A DNA stretch of 32,000 bases, from the NCBI RefSeq assembly GCF_000011125.1, contig NC_000854.2, positions 870,001-902,000 on the forward strand, given 5' to 3'. Numbering within the stretch: the stretch's first letter is position 1; every line of letters begins with the position of its first letter. Shown piece by piece: positions 19,217 to 28,643 of this stretch. A program made the translations under genes and the position numbers. The notes below the pieces were generated by a model. The model was not told where the DNA came from, did no database searches, and worked only from the letters and a program-made list of their open reading frames with translations. Source of the DNA: Aeropyrum pernix K1 (GTDB taxonomy: Archaea; Thermoproteota; Thermoprotei_A; Sulfolobales; Acidilobaceae).

Positions 19217-20380
19217 ATGGCGGGAGAAGAGGTTTACGAGAAGAAGCTCCTCGACAGAGTGGCCGATGCAATCGTTGACGGGCTAGCGGCCCTCATAAAC
19301 CTTGTAAGGCCCGGGTGGGCGGATAGGAATAAGGCAAGGATGGATGAGCTCAAGCTAACACTATACGCCCTCAATAGGAGCCCTATAGGCCTGCTGGGCG
19401 TGGCACTGGTTATTGCGTTCGTTATCATAGCCGTTATCGGCCCGTATATAGCCCCCCTCGGATATAACGACCAGCTCGTATACTGTGTCACCGACTTCGA
19501 CGCAGTCAGACTTGCTCCCCCAGGGACTGTTGTGGAGGTGGCTGAGGACTCTATATGCACCCAGCTGGGGATAGAGCCTGGGACCTATAAGCTTTGGCTA
19601 GGCGCCGACGAGTATGGCAGGGACCTCTTGAGCCGGATCCTATACGGGGCTAGGACTAGCTTCATAGTAGTGATACTTGTCATGGCCGTCGGGCCCTGGA
19701 TAGGGATATTGCTCGGACTCTTCTCGGGCTACAGGGGAGGCGTTGTGGACGAGGTTATAATGAGGGTTGTAGACGTGTTCCTAGCCTTCCCAGGCCTAAT
19801 ACTGGCTATAGCCCTCTCAGCAGTCCTACCCAGCAGGCTGGATCCTATAATCATAAACAACGAGCTCCTCCTGGGAACGCTCCTAAGGCTCTTCGCTCTC
19901 AAACCAGAGGACGCTCTGCCTATGGTGAGGCTGGTGGTTGTCGTCATAGCGTTGTGGATTGTATGGTGGCCAGTGTACGCGAGGCTGGTGAGGGGTATGG
20001 TGCTCTCGGCCAGGGAGAACACATATGTTGAGGCGGCGAGGGCTCTCGGCATACCAACCCACTCCATACTCTTAGGCCACATACTACCCAACATCCTAGG
20101 CCCTGTTCTAGTCTACCTCACGCTCGACTTCGGCGCTGTCATACTCGTTGAAGCAGGCCTCAGCTTCCTAGGCCTTGGCGCCGTCCCGCCCATAGCGGAC
20201 TGGGGTAGGATAATCTATGACGGTGCACAGTACTATCCCAACGCGTGGTGGCTAGTGTTCTTCCCAGGCCTAGCCATACTATTCACCGTACTTGGCTTCA
20301 ACCTGCTGGGAGACGCTCTCAGAGATATAATGGATCCGAGGACTAGGAGGAGGATAGAGTTCAAGGTTAAGGGGAGGTGA
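19217..20380 (+). CDS. Peptide ABC transporter permease (DppC/OppC-like)
   Basis: LGADEYGRDLLSRILYGARTS and YVEAARALGIPTHSILLGHILPNILGPVLVY...LGLGAVPPIADWGRIIYDG. Confidence 0.95.
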   Translation: MAGEEVYEKKLLDRVADAIVDGLAALINLVRPGWADRNKARMDELKLTLYALNRSPIGLLGVALVIAFVIIAVIGPYIAPLGYNDQLVYCVTDFDAVRLAPPGTVVEVAEDSICTQLGIEPGTYKLWLGADEYGRDLLSRILYGARTSFIVVILVMAVGPWIGILLGLFSGYRGGVVDEVIMRVVDVFLAFPGLILAIALSAVLPSRLDPIIINNELLLGTLLRLFALKPEDALPMVRLVVVVIALWIVWWPVYARLVRGMVLSARENTYVEAARALGIPTHSILLGHILPNILGPVLVYLTLDFGAVILVEAGLSFLGLGAVPPIADWGRIIYDGAQYYPNAWWLVFFPGLAILFTVLGFNLLGDALRDIMDPRTRRRIEFKVKGR

Positions 20381-20387
20381 GTGGGGA

Positions 20388-21389
20388 GTGGCTCCTGCGG
20401 AGTGCGATCCGATAATTGAGGTTGAGAATCTAAAGGTCTACTTCTACACCTACGCCGGGATCGTTAAGGCCATAGAGGATGTATCCTTCAGGATATGCAG
20501 GGGCGAGACGTACTGTCTCGTCGGTGAGACTGGCTGCGGAAAATCGGTGACGAGCAGGGCGCTCACCAGGCTGATATACCCGCCGGGCCGGATAGTAGAG
20601 GGGAAAATCTACTACTATCCAGAGCCGGGCAGAAGGGTTGACATCATGTCGCTGGATGAGAAGGAGCTGCGGCGGATCCGCGGGGAGGAGATAGCCTATA
20701 TATTCCAGGATCCTTCCGCCGCCCTGGATCCCCTCTACACTATAGGGTATCAGGTTGGAGAGACTATGCTGGCCCATGGTAGAGTGAGAAGCCTTAGAGA
20801 AGGTGTCAGGAGGGCTGTAGGAGTCTTGAAGACGGTCTTAATGCCCGACCCTGAGAAGAGAGTTAAGAGTTATCCCCACGAGCTTAGCGGCGGTATGAAG
20901 CAGAGGGGGGTTATAGGCATCTCACTCTCCAACAGGCCCAAACTACTCATTGCAGACGAGCCCACTACGGCCCTCGACGTGACGATCCAGGCCCAGATAA
21001 TGGACCTCCTAACCCAGCTTAAGAGAGAGCACGGCCTAACACTCCTCCTGATCACACACAACCTAGGTTTGGTTGCAGAGTATTGTGACAGGGTGGCCGT
21101 GATGTATGCAGGAAACATTGTCGAGGAAGCTCCGGTGGACGAGCTGTTCTCGAACCCGCTACACCCGTACACCAGGGCCTTGATAAGGGCAGTACCGAAC
21201 CCCTTGGCTAAGATTGAAAACCTCGAGCACATACCGGGCACTGTACCCAACCTAATAACTCCACCGCCGGGCTGCAGGTTCCACCCCCGCTGTCCCCTGG
21301 CTTTCGATAGGTGTAGCAGGGAGAAGCCCCTACTCAAGGAATACTCCCCCGGTCATAAGGCCGCGTGCTGGGCGCTTGAGAAGTCTTGA
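20388..21389 (+). CDS. Peptide ABC transporter ATP-binding protein (DppD/OppD-like)
   Basis: Walker A GETGCGKS, signature LSGGMKQR, Walker B LLIADEPTTALD, C-terminal PPPGCRFHPRCPLAFDRC. Confidence 0.96.
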   Translation: MAPAECDPIIEVENLKVYFYTYAGIVKAIEDVSFRICRGETYCLVGETGCGKSVTSRALTRLIYPPGRIVEGKIYYYPEPGRRVDIMSLDEKELRRIRGEEIAYIFQDPSAALDPLYTIGYQVGETMLAHGRVRSLREGVRRAVGVLKTVLMPDPEKRVKSYPHELSGGMKQRGVIGISLSNRPKLLIADEPTTALDVTIQAQIMDLLTQLKREHGLTLLLITHNLGLVAEYCDRVAVMYAGNIVEEAPVDELFSNPLHPYTRALIRAVPNPLAKIENLEHIPGTVPNLITPPPGCRFHPRCPLAFDRCSREKPLLKEYSPGHKAACWALEKS

Positions 21390-22438
21390 GGGGGGTGGTG
21401 GTGTTGGCTGTTAGGGGGGAGCATCTAGAGGTTGAGGAGGCTAGGAGGCTTCTGCAGAGGATATTTCTGGGGAGAGAGCTTCTCGTCGAAACCGTCGGCT
21501 TGAAGAAATACTTCCCGGTGAAGAGCCTGTTCTTTACCCGTGCTTATGTGAAGGCCGTTGATAATGTCACTATAGGCATACCCCGCGGTAAGACTCTCGG
21601 ACTTGTTGGGGAGAGTGGCAGCGGCAAAACGACTTTCGGCCGAGTTATACTGAGGCTTGAGGAGCCCACTGGGGGCAGGATATTTTTCGACGGCATTGAC
21701 GTTATGAAGTTGAGGGGGAGAGGTCTTAAGGAGTTTAGAAGGAGAGCCCAGATCATATTCCAAGATCCCTATGGAAGCCTTAACCCCCGGAAGACCATAT
21801 TCAATCTTATAGCAGAGCCTATCAAGGTTCATGGTATTAAGGTGGGTGATCTCCAGGAGTACATTGTCAGCCTGCTCTACCAGGTAGGCCTTAACGAAAC
21901 CCACCTCTACAGATACCCCCACGAGTTCAGCGGCGGCCAGAGGCAGAGGATAGCGATAGCAAGGGTGCTAGCTCTTAAGCCAGAGTTCATAGTGCTGGAC
22001 GAGCCTACCAGCGCTCTCGACGTTAGTGTGCAGGCGCAGATACTAAACTTGCTTAAGGACCTGCAGAGGAAGTATAGTCTCACCTACCTGTTCATAAGCC
22101 ACGATCTAGGCGTTGTCAGGTACATGAGCGATTACATAGCAGTGATGTACTTGGGGAAGATTGTTGAGTTTGGAGAGGCGGAAGAGGTCTTCGAGAAGCC
22201 GCTCCACCCCTATACGAAGGTCCTTCTAGAATCCATTCCTGTCCCTGACCCTGAGGTGGCGAAGAGGAGGTCGCGCATAAGGATAAAGGGTGAACCACCC
22301 AGCCCTATAAATCCGCCCTCGGGATGTAGGTTCAGGACACGCTGCCCCATAGCCGTTGACAAGTGCCTTGAAGAGCCTCCTCTGGAGGAGGTTGAGCGGG
22401 GCCACTGGGTGGCCTGCTGGAGGCCTGGAGAACTCTAA
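21386..22438 (+). CDS. Peptide ABC transporter ATP-binding protein (DppF/OppF-like)
   Basis: Walker [13 protein letters not shown], signature [15 protein letters not shown], Walker [14 protein letters not shown]-terminal [18 protein letters not shown]. Confidence 0.96.
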   Translation: MRGVVVLAVRGEHLEVEEARRLLQRIFLGRELLVETVGLKKYFPVKSLFFTRAYVKAVDNVTIGIPRGKTLGLVGESGSGKTTFGRVILRLEEPTGGRIFFDGIDVMKLRGRGLKEFRRRAQIIFQDPYGSLNPRKTIFNLIAEPIKVHGIKVGDLQEYIVSLLYQVGLNETHLYRYPHEFSGGQRQRIAIARVLALKPEFIVLDEPTSALDVSVQAQILNLLKDLQRKYSLTYLFISHDLGVVRYMSDYIAVMYLGKIVEFGEAEEVFEKPLHPYTKVLLESIPVPDPEVAKRRSRIRIKGEPPSPINPPSGCRFRTRCPIAVDKCLEEPPLEEVERGHWVACWRPGEL

Positions 22439-22464
22439 AAGAAGGGTAACTCCTGGGCAGTTTA

Positions 22465-23748
22465 TTAATCAGCCTCTATTACAGCCCCAACGCTCCTCAG
22501 GTCCTCAACGAAGCCCGGGTAATAGTCTCTATAGCGGGAAGCCCCTGTTACTCTCACACCCTTGCGTGAGGCAAGTCCCGCCACCGCGAATGCCATTGTC
22601 ATTCTCGGGTCCCCGTAGCCCTTCGCCGTGCCACCCTCAACATAGCCTTCACCATACACCTCGAGGCAGTCGCCTCCGCAGCGTGGCTTAGCCTTTACTT
22701 TGAGCCGCCTAAGGTTGGACATGAGCGGCTTCAGGTTTCCGCCCTCCTTGAGCCGCAAGTGGGATATGCCTTTTATAACACTCCTACCCTTGGCATAGGC
22801 GGCGAGCACCGCAAGAACAGGTGCTAGGCTCGGCGTCTCAGACACGTCAGCTTCGAACCCCTCAAGACTCCCTGTTCCTACCACTTCCACACTACTCTCT
22901 CCCGCCTTGAGCTTGGCACCCGCCTGAGCGAGTATGTTTAGGAAAACCTTCTCGCCCTGAGGATCCTCGGGGTCTAGCCTCCGGACCGTGATCCTACCTG
23001 CTATGGCCCCGGCCAAGAGTAGGGGTGCCGCGTTTACATAATCCCCCGGGACGGCGTAAGCGCCTGGACCGTAGGGTTTATCAGGATAGTAGATTCCACC
23101 ATCAAAGCTTATTTTGGCACCGAACCCCCGTAGCACATGAAGCGCAACGGCAACATGGTGCCACGAATGAGTCCCAGCCCTCTTTATGGCGAATCCTAGG
23201 AGGGGCGAGGCCAGGAGAAGTGCAGCTAGGGATTCGCCATCGCTAGCTCCCACGGTCTCACCCTCGCAGCAGCCTCTGGCAAGCGGACCCTTCACGGCTA
23301 CTGGCGGTCTACCGTTGGTGGTTACCACTTCAGCCCCAATCTTTTTTAATGCACCTGCTAGTTCGCTCACTGGTGTGGAATTAGTGTGAGAGTCGCCATA
23401 GACGAGGGAGATACCGGGTGCGAGGGCCGCAGTTACTATCGAATGTCTAAGGACGGTTGAGGACCTCCTACAGTTTACCACCCTAGGCCACCAAGGCCTA
23501 GGCGGCGAATCTACAATCAGATCCCGCTCCCCCTTCTGCACTAAACCTCCAAACCTTCTGACAGCGTATATTGCTGTATCAACATCCCTCGAGTAGAGGG
23601 GTTCGGAAATTTTCGAGCGCCCTCCCGCCAAGAGGGATGCAAACAGCGCGGCTATAGTATGGCCTTTCGACGAGGGAGCAATAATCTCGCCTCCAATCTG
23701 GCTCGGCTTCACTACTAGATTCAATACAGCTACACCACCCTCATCCAT
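22465..23748 (-). CDS. aroA: 3-phosphoshikimate 1-carboxyvinyltransferase (EPSP synthase)
   Basis: 427 aa. GGEIIAPSSKGHTIAALFAS, SSTVLRHSIVTAALA, and the C-terminal motif YGDPRMTMAFAVAGLASRKGVRVTG. Confidence 0.92.
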   Translation of the reverse strand: MDEGGVAVLNLVVKPSQIGGEIIAPSSKGHTIAALFASLLAGGRSKISEPLYSRDVDTAIYAVRRFGGLVQKGERDLIVDSPPRPWWPRVVNCRRSSTVLRHSIVTAALAPGISLVYGDSHTNSTPVSELAGALKKIGAEVVTTNGRPPVAVKGPLARGCCEGETVGASDGESLAALLLASPLLGFAIKRAGTHSWHHVAVALHVLRGFGAKISFDGGIYYPDKPYGPGAYAVPGDYVNAAPLLLAGAIAGRITVRRLDPEDPQGEKVFLNILAQAGAKLKAGESSVEVVGTGSLEGFEADVSETPSLAPVLAVLAAYAKGRSVIKGISHLRLKEGGNLKPLMSNLRRLKVKAKPRCGGDCLEVYGEGYVEGGTAKGYGDPRMTMAFAVAGLASRKGVRVTGASRYRDYYPGFVEDLRSVGAVIEAD

Positions 23749-23951
23749 CGCCCGCTATATACCCAACTCACGCCAGGGACAAACCCCTGGACCCATGGCT
23801 AGTTTTAATTCAACATCACACTGCTTATAGGGTTTTCCCCCTTCCTGAGCAAGGCAGGTGTTACAGTTTATTATCAAGCATGGAGGACGCCGCGTTCCTC
23901 GCCTGAGGTGTTGGGAGGGCATATAATAAGACTTCTAGAGGGAACTCTACC

Positions 23952-24296
23952 ATGCTGGGTGTGGCGCTGTTGTCAGTGGAGAAGCTGGCTAAAGCTCTGG
24001 ACGTCATAGACTCTACAGCCAGGAGGCTCGATGAGAAGTCTATTGAACTTGCGGGTGATATAGCGTCTACCGCCGACAGCGAGGCTAAGAGGCTCGAGAA
24101 GGAGGTGGGACGCCTGTTGGAAGCAGCCCTAGCCGAGCTAGAGAGCGCCCTTGCCTCCACCGAGGACGAGCTAGCTCGAGAGGCCAAGTCCAGGGTCGAA
24201 GCTGTCAGAAAGGAGCTTAAGGAGGCGGCCGAGAGGAACTGGAGTAATGGTATTGAGGCATTCCTAAGGGAGCTTGAGAACCTACTAAGGGGGTAG
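23952..24296 (+). CDS. Coiled-coil protein, probable A-type ATP synthase peripheral-stalk subunit (H-like)
   Basis: 114 aa, almost entirely charged heptad-rich helix. It lies immediately upstream of a probable subunit C gene. Confidence 0.5.
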   Translation: MLGVALLSVEKLAKALDVIDSTARRLDEKSIELAGDIASTADSEAKRLEKEVGRLLEAALAELESALASTEDELAREAKSRVEAVRKELKEAAERNWSNGIEAFLRELENLLRG

Positions 24297-24302
24297 AGCC
24301 TT

Positions 24303-25343
24303 TTGGCCTCGGACTATGCTAAGGCCATACCCTACATCAGAGCAGTTCTCTCTATGCTGCCAGACCCCTCCCAGTACAGGGAGCTTATGGAGTCGGAAAG
24401 TCTTCAAGAGGCTCTCTCAACCGCGTCTGCACCCGCCTTCCCGGGCGTAAAGGAGGCTAGGAGCATAACTTCGCTAGAGCCCCTCATGTGGAGGGACTTC
24501 GCCTCAATAGTGGTCAAGGCAGTTAAGCTGTCGCCCGCCAAGGCGAGGTATGCAGTAGGCTTCAATGTTATGATCGAGGATGCGAAAGACGTCATATCAG
24601 TCCTCTATTCTATACGTGTCGGCAACGCCAGCCTAGAAGAGATTTCGAAACTGCCGACTTCAAGCGTTGAGGGGACAACCCTCAATAACATAGTCTCCAC
24701 CGGTGAGGAGCTGGAAAGTGCGGAGGTGATAGTTAACAGTGCTCCCTCAACCCTCTTGAGAAGGCTCTACAGCAGGCTTGCAAACCTCCTCACAGAGCCG
24801 GACAAGAGGCTGATCCTATACACTCTAGGACCCCTGGCGGTCAGAATGGTAGAAACCGCTACCAGAAGCATTCCCAGGGAGGCTGATCTAGTCTGGAGAG
24901 TTTACTGTCCCAGGATAAAGTTCATGCTCGTTTCAGGTGTATTACAGGCTAAGTACTCGGGTGTGGACGCCAGAAGCCTAGACACTGTATACAGGGGTGT
25001 CAGCGCCTGCGGATTCAACTGGGATGTGGGTGTGAGGCAAATCTACGAGAGCGAGGATAGTATTCACGGGCTCGCGGTGTCGCTATCCCAGGTGGTTCCG
25101 GGTGTGAGGCTTGATGGCGAAGACGTTGGCTCAATGCTCGAATCCCTCAGACAGGCCACTAGAGCCGAGACTCAGAGGGCTGCTAGGGCGGCCTTGGCGG
25201 GCTATCCATTCCAGGCCGGCTTCATCGCTGGCGGGCTGGAAATAGTGCGGATAGCCTTCGAGGACCTGGCTTACGTGCTGGCTTCCATACATATGAAGCT
25301 CCAGAAGGAGAGGGTGCTAGCGAGGGTATCGGCGGCCCCCTAG
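24303..25343 (+). CDS. Probable A-type ATP synthase subunit C (V-ATPase d/AC39-like)
   Basis: 346-aa all-helical protein. YAKAIPYIRAVLSMLPDPSQYRELMESESLQEAL and the internal repeated helical pattern resemble the AC39 family, supported by the adjacent coiled-coil gene. Confidence 0.55.
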   Translation: MASDYAKAIPYIRAVLSMLPDPSQYRELMESESLQEALSTASAPAFPGVKEARSITSLEPLMWRDFASIVVKAVKLSPAKARYAVGFNVMIEDAKDVISVLYSIRVGNASLEEISKLPTSSVEGTTLNNIVSTGEELESAEVIVNSAPSTLLRRLYSRLANLLTEPDKRLILYTLGPLAVRMVETATRSIPREADLVWRVYCPRIKFMLVSGVLQAKYSGVDARSLDTVYRGVSACGFNWDVGVRQIYESEDSIHGLAVSLSQVVPGVRLDGEDVGSMLESLRQATRAETQRAARAALAGYPFQAGFIAGGLEIVRIAFEDLAYVLASIHMKLQKERVLARVSAAP

Positions 25344-25511
25344 TCCACTATCATTATACTTCAACAGGCTAACCTCGAACCAATCCTCCCTGAAGCTATC
25401 TTCTGTTTAAGGCTAAGCGCCTGTGAATGGAAGCGGTTTGAGCAAGTAATACTCAGTTTCAATCCTAACCCCAAAGCATCTTCTAATTAATCCTGAGGGT
25501 GTCTCTCAGCT

Positions 25512-25781
25512 GTGGCTAGAGAGCTAGAGAATTGCATGCATGTTTTGAGAGTAGTTTCCATCCTTGATGGAGAGAGGATGGAAACTATAGTAAACGCGGC
25601 TCCAGCATTCGGCATAGGAAGGGGAGATATAAACGATTGCTTAGGCCTGTTAGCCGCCTCGGGGCTTATCAGACTATGTAAGGGGAGGGTCAGGATTACC
25701 TGGAGCGGAAGGGAGAAGCTACAGCGCCTTCTAGAAGGCAAGCTGGCTCCAAAGGGAAACAGCAGTCGGAGCTCCACATAG
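25512..25781 (+). CDS. Small winged-helix-like protein
   Basis: 89 aa. The pattern LLAASGLIRLCKGRVRITWSGREKLQRLL resembles the recognition helix and wing of wHTH proteins. Confidence 0.5.
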   Translation: MARELENCMHVLRVVSILDGERMETIVNAAPAFGIGRGDINDCLGLLAASGLIRLCKGRVRITWSGREKLQRLLEGKLAPKGNSSRSST

Positions 25782-25832
25782 ACTTTACAGTAGCTATAGT
25801 CTCCTCCATATATCCCCGCGCTGGCAGAATAG

Positions 25833-26633
25833 TTGATGGGGATTGTGAGGGAATTGAACGAGGCTGCTAGGGCCCAGAGGATTAGGCGAAGGGTTTCTGA
25901 GCTCGTGAGATCGCTGATGAGTTATAAGAGCCTACACAAGCTTGACCTACCAGACCTGGAGAAGGTCAAGGAGGTTGAGAGGCTCCAGGCGGAGATAATA
26001 GAGGACCTTAGGGGCAGGATTGATGTTGAGAGGTGCGACGCACGCTGCGTCATTCTTAAGTCTGGAGAGCTCCTGGGGAGGGAGAAGCTCGACGGGTACT
26101 GTAGGAGAGCCCAGAGCCTTCTGGGCCTAGAACCCTCGGGATGCTCGCCCGAGGACCTCGCAGGCCTCATGGAAACCACCTCCATAGACCCGGATAAGAC
26201 CGGAGGCGTCCTACTAGTAGTCCAAGGCCTCCTAAGAGGACTCTCGGAAGAGCTAAAGCGGCAGGGCTACAGCTGGAGTGGTATAAGCCACAGATGCCCT
26301 GTCTGCGGTCTCGAGAGCGAGACGATGGTTAGGAAGGGTGATGGCTACTATATGGTGTGCCACATGTGCTTCTTCACATGGCTTGTCTCGCGGGGGATAC
26401 CAGTGTGTCCCCGATGCGGCTCCACAGTACCTCTTGAGGTCGGGATATTCACTGACAAATCGAGGAGGATCGGGCTAGGTTTCTGCAGCAGATGCGGCTA
26501 TAGCTGGAGAATCCTCCTCGACCAATATATGAGTGTGCCAGACCATGCTGCACCACTGATAGCTCTGGGGGCTGAGAGGTTCAGGCCGGCCATGGAGAAG
26601 GCCCTCGAGAAGGGTCTGGAGGAGTGGGGTTGA
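25833..26633 (+). CDS. Zinc-ribbon protein with FdhE-like C-terminal region
   Basis: 266 aa. CPVCGLESETMVRKGDGYYMVCHMC...CPRCGSTVPLEVGI...LGFCSRCGYSWRI forms paired CxxC ribbons. Confidence 0.65.
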   Translation: MMGIVRELNEAARAQRIRRRVSELVRSLMSYKSLHKLDLPDLEKVKEVERLQAEIIEDLRGRIDVERCDARCVILKSGELLGREKLDGYCRRAQSLLGLEPSGCSPEDLAGLMETTSIDPDKTGGVLLVVQGLLRGLSEELKRQGYSWSGISHRCPVCGLESETMVRKGDGYYMVCHMCFFTWLVSRGIPVCPRCGSTVPLEVGIFTDKSRRIGLGFCSRCGYSWRILLDQYMSVPDHAAPLIALGAERFRPAMEKALEKGLEEWG

Positions 26634-26714
26634 GAGGTCCTACCCTGCATAAAGGTGACTAAGAGGGCCATAGCGATAGAAGTAGCGGAAGTAAAAGTCC
26701 GAGAGAAATAATAC

Positions 26715-26736
26715 CTGAGGGAATCCTGAGGGAATC
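26715..26736. repeat. Tandem duplication of 11 bp (CTGAGGGAATC x2)
   Basis: Direct reading: CTGAGGGAATC CTGAGGGAATC. The second copy continues into AGG, giving a CCTGA-GGGAA-TCAGG stem-loop. Confidence 0.85.
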
Positions 26737-26867
26737 AGGAGAGTAATCTTAGACTGGCAACCCCCGTTCAGCTACTGCAGACTCGGCTAGGACGACCCCC
26801 TCTACGAGCTAATAATAAATAAGCCAAGGGAAACCGGGAGTCCTATGAGGAGGGATGAGAAAGTCCT

Positions 26868-27626
26868 CTAGGCTAAGGGCGCCTCAACTACTTTCACATA
26901 GACTTCCTCCTTAATGGTGTAGCCCCAATCAGGGTCTCCCACGAAACCCTCTATCGCCACTCTCACAAAGTCGCCGGGAGCACTGTCAGGAATCACTACC
27001 AAGAAGAAGGCAGCAGTGACAACGGTATATGGCGGAGCTACTACGGCGGGCTTCACATACGTCCTATCACCCTCCTTAACGGGGACTAAGACAACGTCTG
27101 GCAGTATAACTTCCTCCTCTTCAGGTAAGACGGGTGGCTCGAATAGTAGGTCCTCGCACATAACATTCCACCACACGTTGTCGCCTACCTCTACTAGGAT
27201 GGCATACAGGGCTATTTCGTCGCTGGTGTTATTCACGATGGTGAGAACGAGTACGCCATCAAATATGTCAATGTAGCTGTTTTGAGGGTCTATTATATTT
27301 GTCTCCGTCTCCTGGAACTCTTCTCCCGAGGTCGTTGCGTTATAGGCTTCGCGTTGAGAGGTGTATTGGGATGGAGGCACAGAGGTAGGTTGAGCTTCAG
27401 TTACGGGCTCAATATCAATAGCATGGTGGCGTTCGTAAACTTGGCCCGACTCATTGTTCATGTTATATCTCTCGGCCATGCCTCCCAGCATCGTCGCCAG
27501 CGAGCCTAATGTAGCGTTGAACTCTGCTAAAAGGTCAAGGTCTAAAGCTCCGAGTAGCCCGAGGGCTACTAGGAAGAGGCCAGCCACTTTGAAGCCTTGT
27601 CCTATAGCGTATACTGCCCTCCTCAC
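26868..27626 (-). CDS. Hypothetical secreted or membrane-anchored protein
   Basis: 252 aa. N-terminal hydrophobic segment VAGLFLVALGLLGAL, low-complexity Ser/Thr/Gln linker, then beta-rich C-terminal region. Confidence 0.65.
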   Translation of the reverse strand: MRRAVYAIGQGFKVAGLFLVALGLLGALDLDLLAEFNATLGSLATMLGGMAERYNMNNESGQVYERHHAIDIEPVTEAQPTSVPPSQYTSQREAYNATTSGEEFQETETNIIDPQNSYIDIFDGVLVLTIVNNTSDEIALYAILVEVGDNVWWNVMCEDLLFEPPVLPEEEEVILPDVVLVPVKEGDRTYVKPAVVAPPYTVVTAAFFLVVIPDSAPGDFVRVAIEGFVGDPDWGYTIKEEVYVKVVEAPLA

Positions 27627-27632
27627 TAGTTA

Positions 27633-28643
27633 TCACCTGTAGCCTGAGAGCCTGGCTAGGAGTGACCCTGCAAGGTAGAGGATGATCCCTGATGCGATGT
27701 AGGATATGTGAGTGCCTTCCTGGGAGGGGATTAGCTCGAGAAGCGGTGGTAAAACTGCAGACGCCATTTTATGGAGGAGCGAGTTTTTGATATCAGTGTC
27801 GCTCTGCACGGACTCTAGATTCTCGTCGCTAACCATAACTATCTTGCCTGTTATGTTGTCGCTAACGGCGAGTATTCCTCGGGAGGTCCTTATAACTGTG
27901 CGGTCTTCGCTGGCCGCCTCTATGGTGCCGTAGAGCGTGAACACGTCCCCCTTAGGGCTTTGGATCTCTATTACCGCTTCGCCGCTCTCCGGGTCCACTC
28001 TTATTGTCTTAACGGCATCCTCCGCCTTAACCGGACTCTGCAGCCCTGGGAGTACTACTTGATCCCCGCTAAGTAGAGGCTCTCCCTGAACGGAGGTGTA
28101 GAGGAGTGAGAGGATGTAGGCGGTTGCCGGTAGCGCCGCTACCAGAGCTATTGCTAGCGTTGCTCTACCCGCATTCCGCACTGTGGTCTCGATTAGGGCT
28201 TTTAGCAGCCTGAGAGGGCTCCCTCCCGGTTTGGAGAGTGGAGGTTCCGTGAGGGAGCTAGCTGTTGTTGACGCTAGGAGGGCTACTAGGAACCATAGGG
28301 AGTATACTAGGAAAGTGTACGCCACGGATTCCCATGCGGGCGAGGCGAAACCATAGTACTTGAGGTACGCGTAGGCGGCTAGGGCGGCTGCAGCGGGAAC
28401 CACGAGCCTATACCCGAGACCCAAGACGGCTCTCACGACTGCGAAGCCATAGATTAGGGATGAGGCTGTAAGGGCGGCTGCAGACACGACTATGGACGCA
28501 ACGTACTCTCTTCTACCAGTAGAGACCTCATTGGTTAAAGCTAAGTAGAAGGCCACCGCGACTACGGGAAATAATAACACGGTCACAGTAAAAGCTGTAG
28601 CTGGGGACCTCGGTGCCGTAGCCCCCAAGCTCGCAACCACCAC
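27633..28643 (-). CDS. Hypothetical polytopic membrane protein
   Basis: 336 aa with about 7-8 hydrophobic segments and an extracytoplasmic-looking loop. Seven bases separate it from the next co-oriented gene. Confidence 0.65.
   Translation of the reverse strand: MVVASLGATAPRSPATAFTVTVLLFPVVAVAFYLALTNEVSTGRREYVASIVVSAAALTASSLIYGFAVVRAVLGLGYRLVVPAAAALAAYAYLKYYGFASPAWESVAYTFLVYSLWFLVALLASTTASSLTEPPLSKPGGSPLRLLKALIETTVRNAGRATLAIALVAALPATAYILSLLYTSVQGEPLLSGDQVVLPGLQSPVKAEDAVKTIRVDPESGEAVIEIQSPKGDVFTLYGTIEAASEDRTVIRTSRGILAVSDNITGKIVMVSDENLESVQSDTDIKNSLLHKMASAVLPPLLELIPSQEGTHISYIASGIILYLAGSLLARLSGYR

Noticed and set aside
26715-26739. Tandem 11-bp repeat as a possible CRISPR-like array
   Set aside because: There are only two copies with no spacer, the unit is too short, and no cas genes are nearby.
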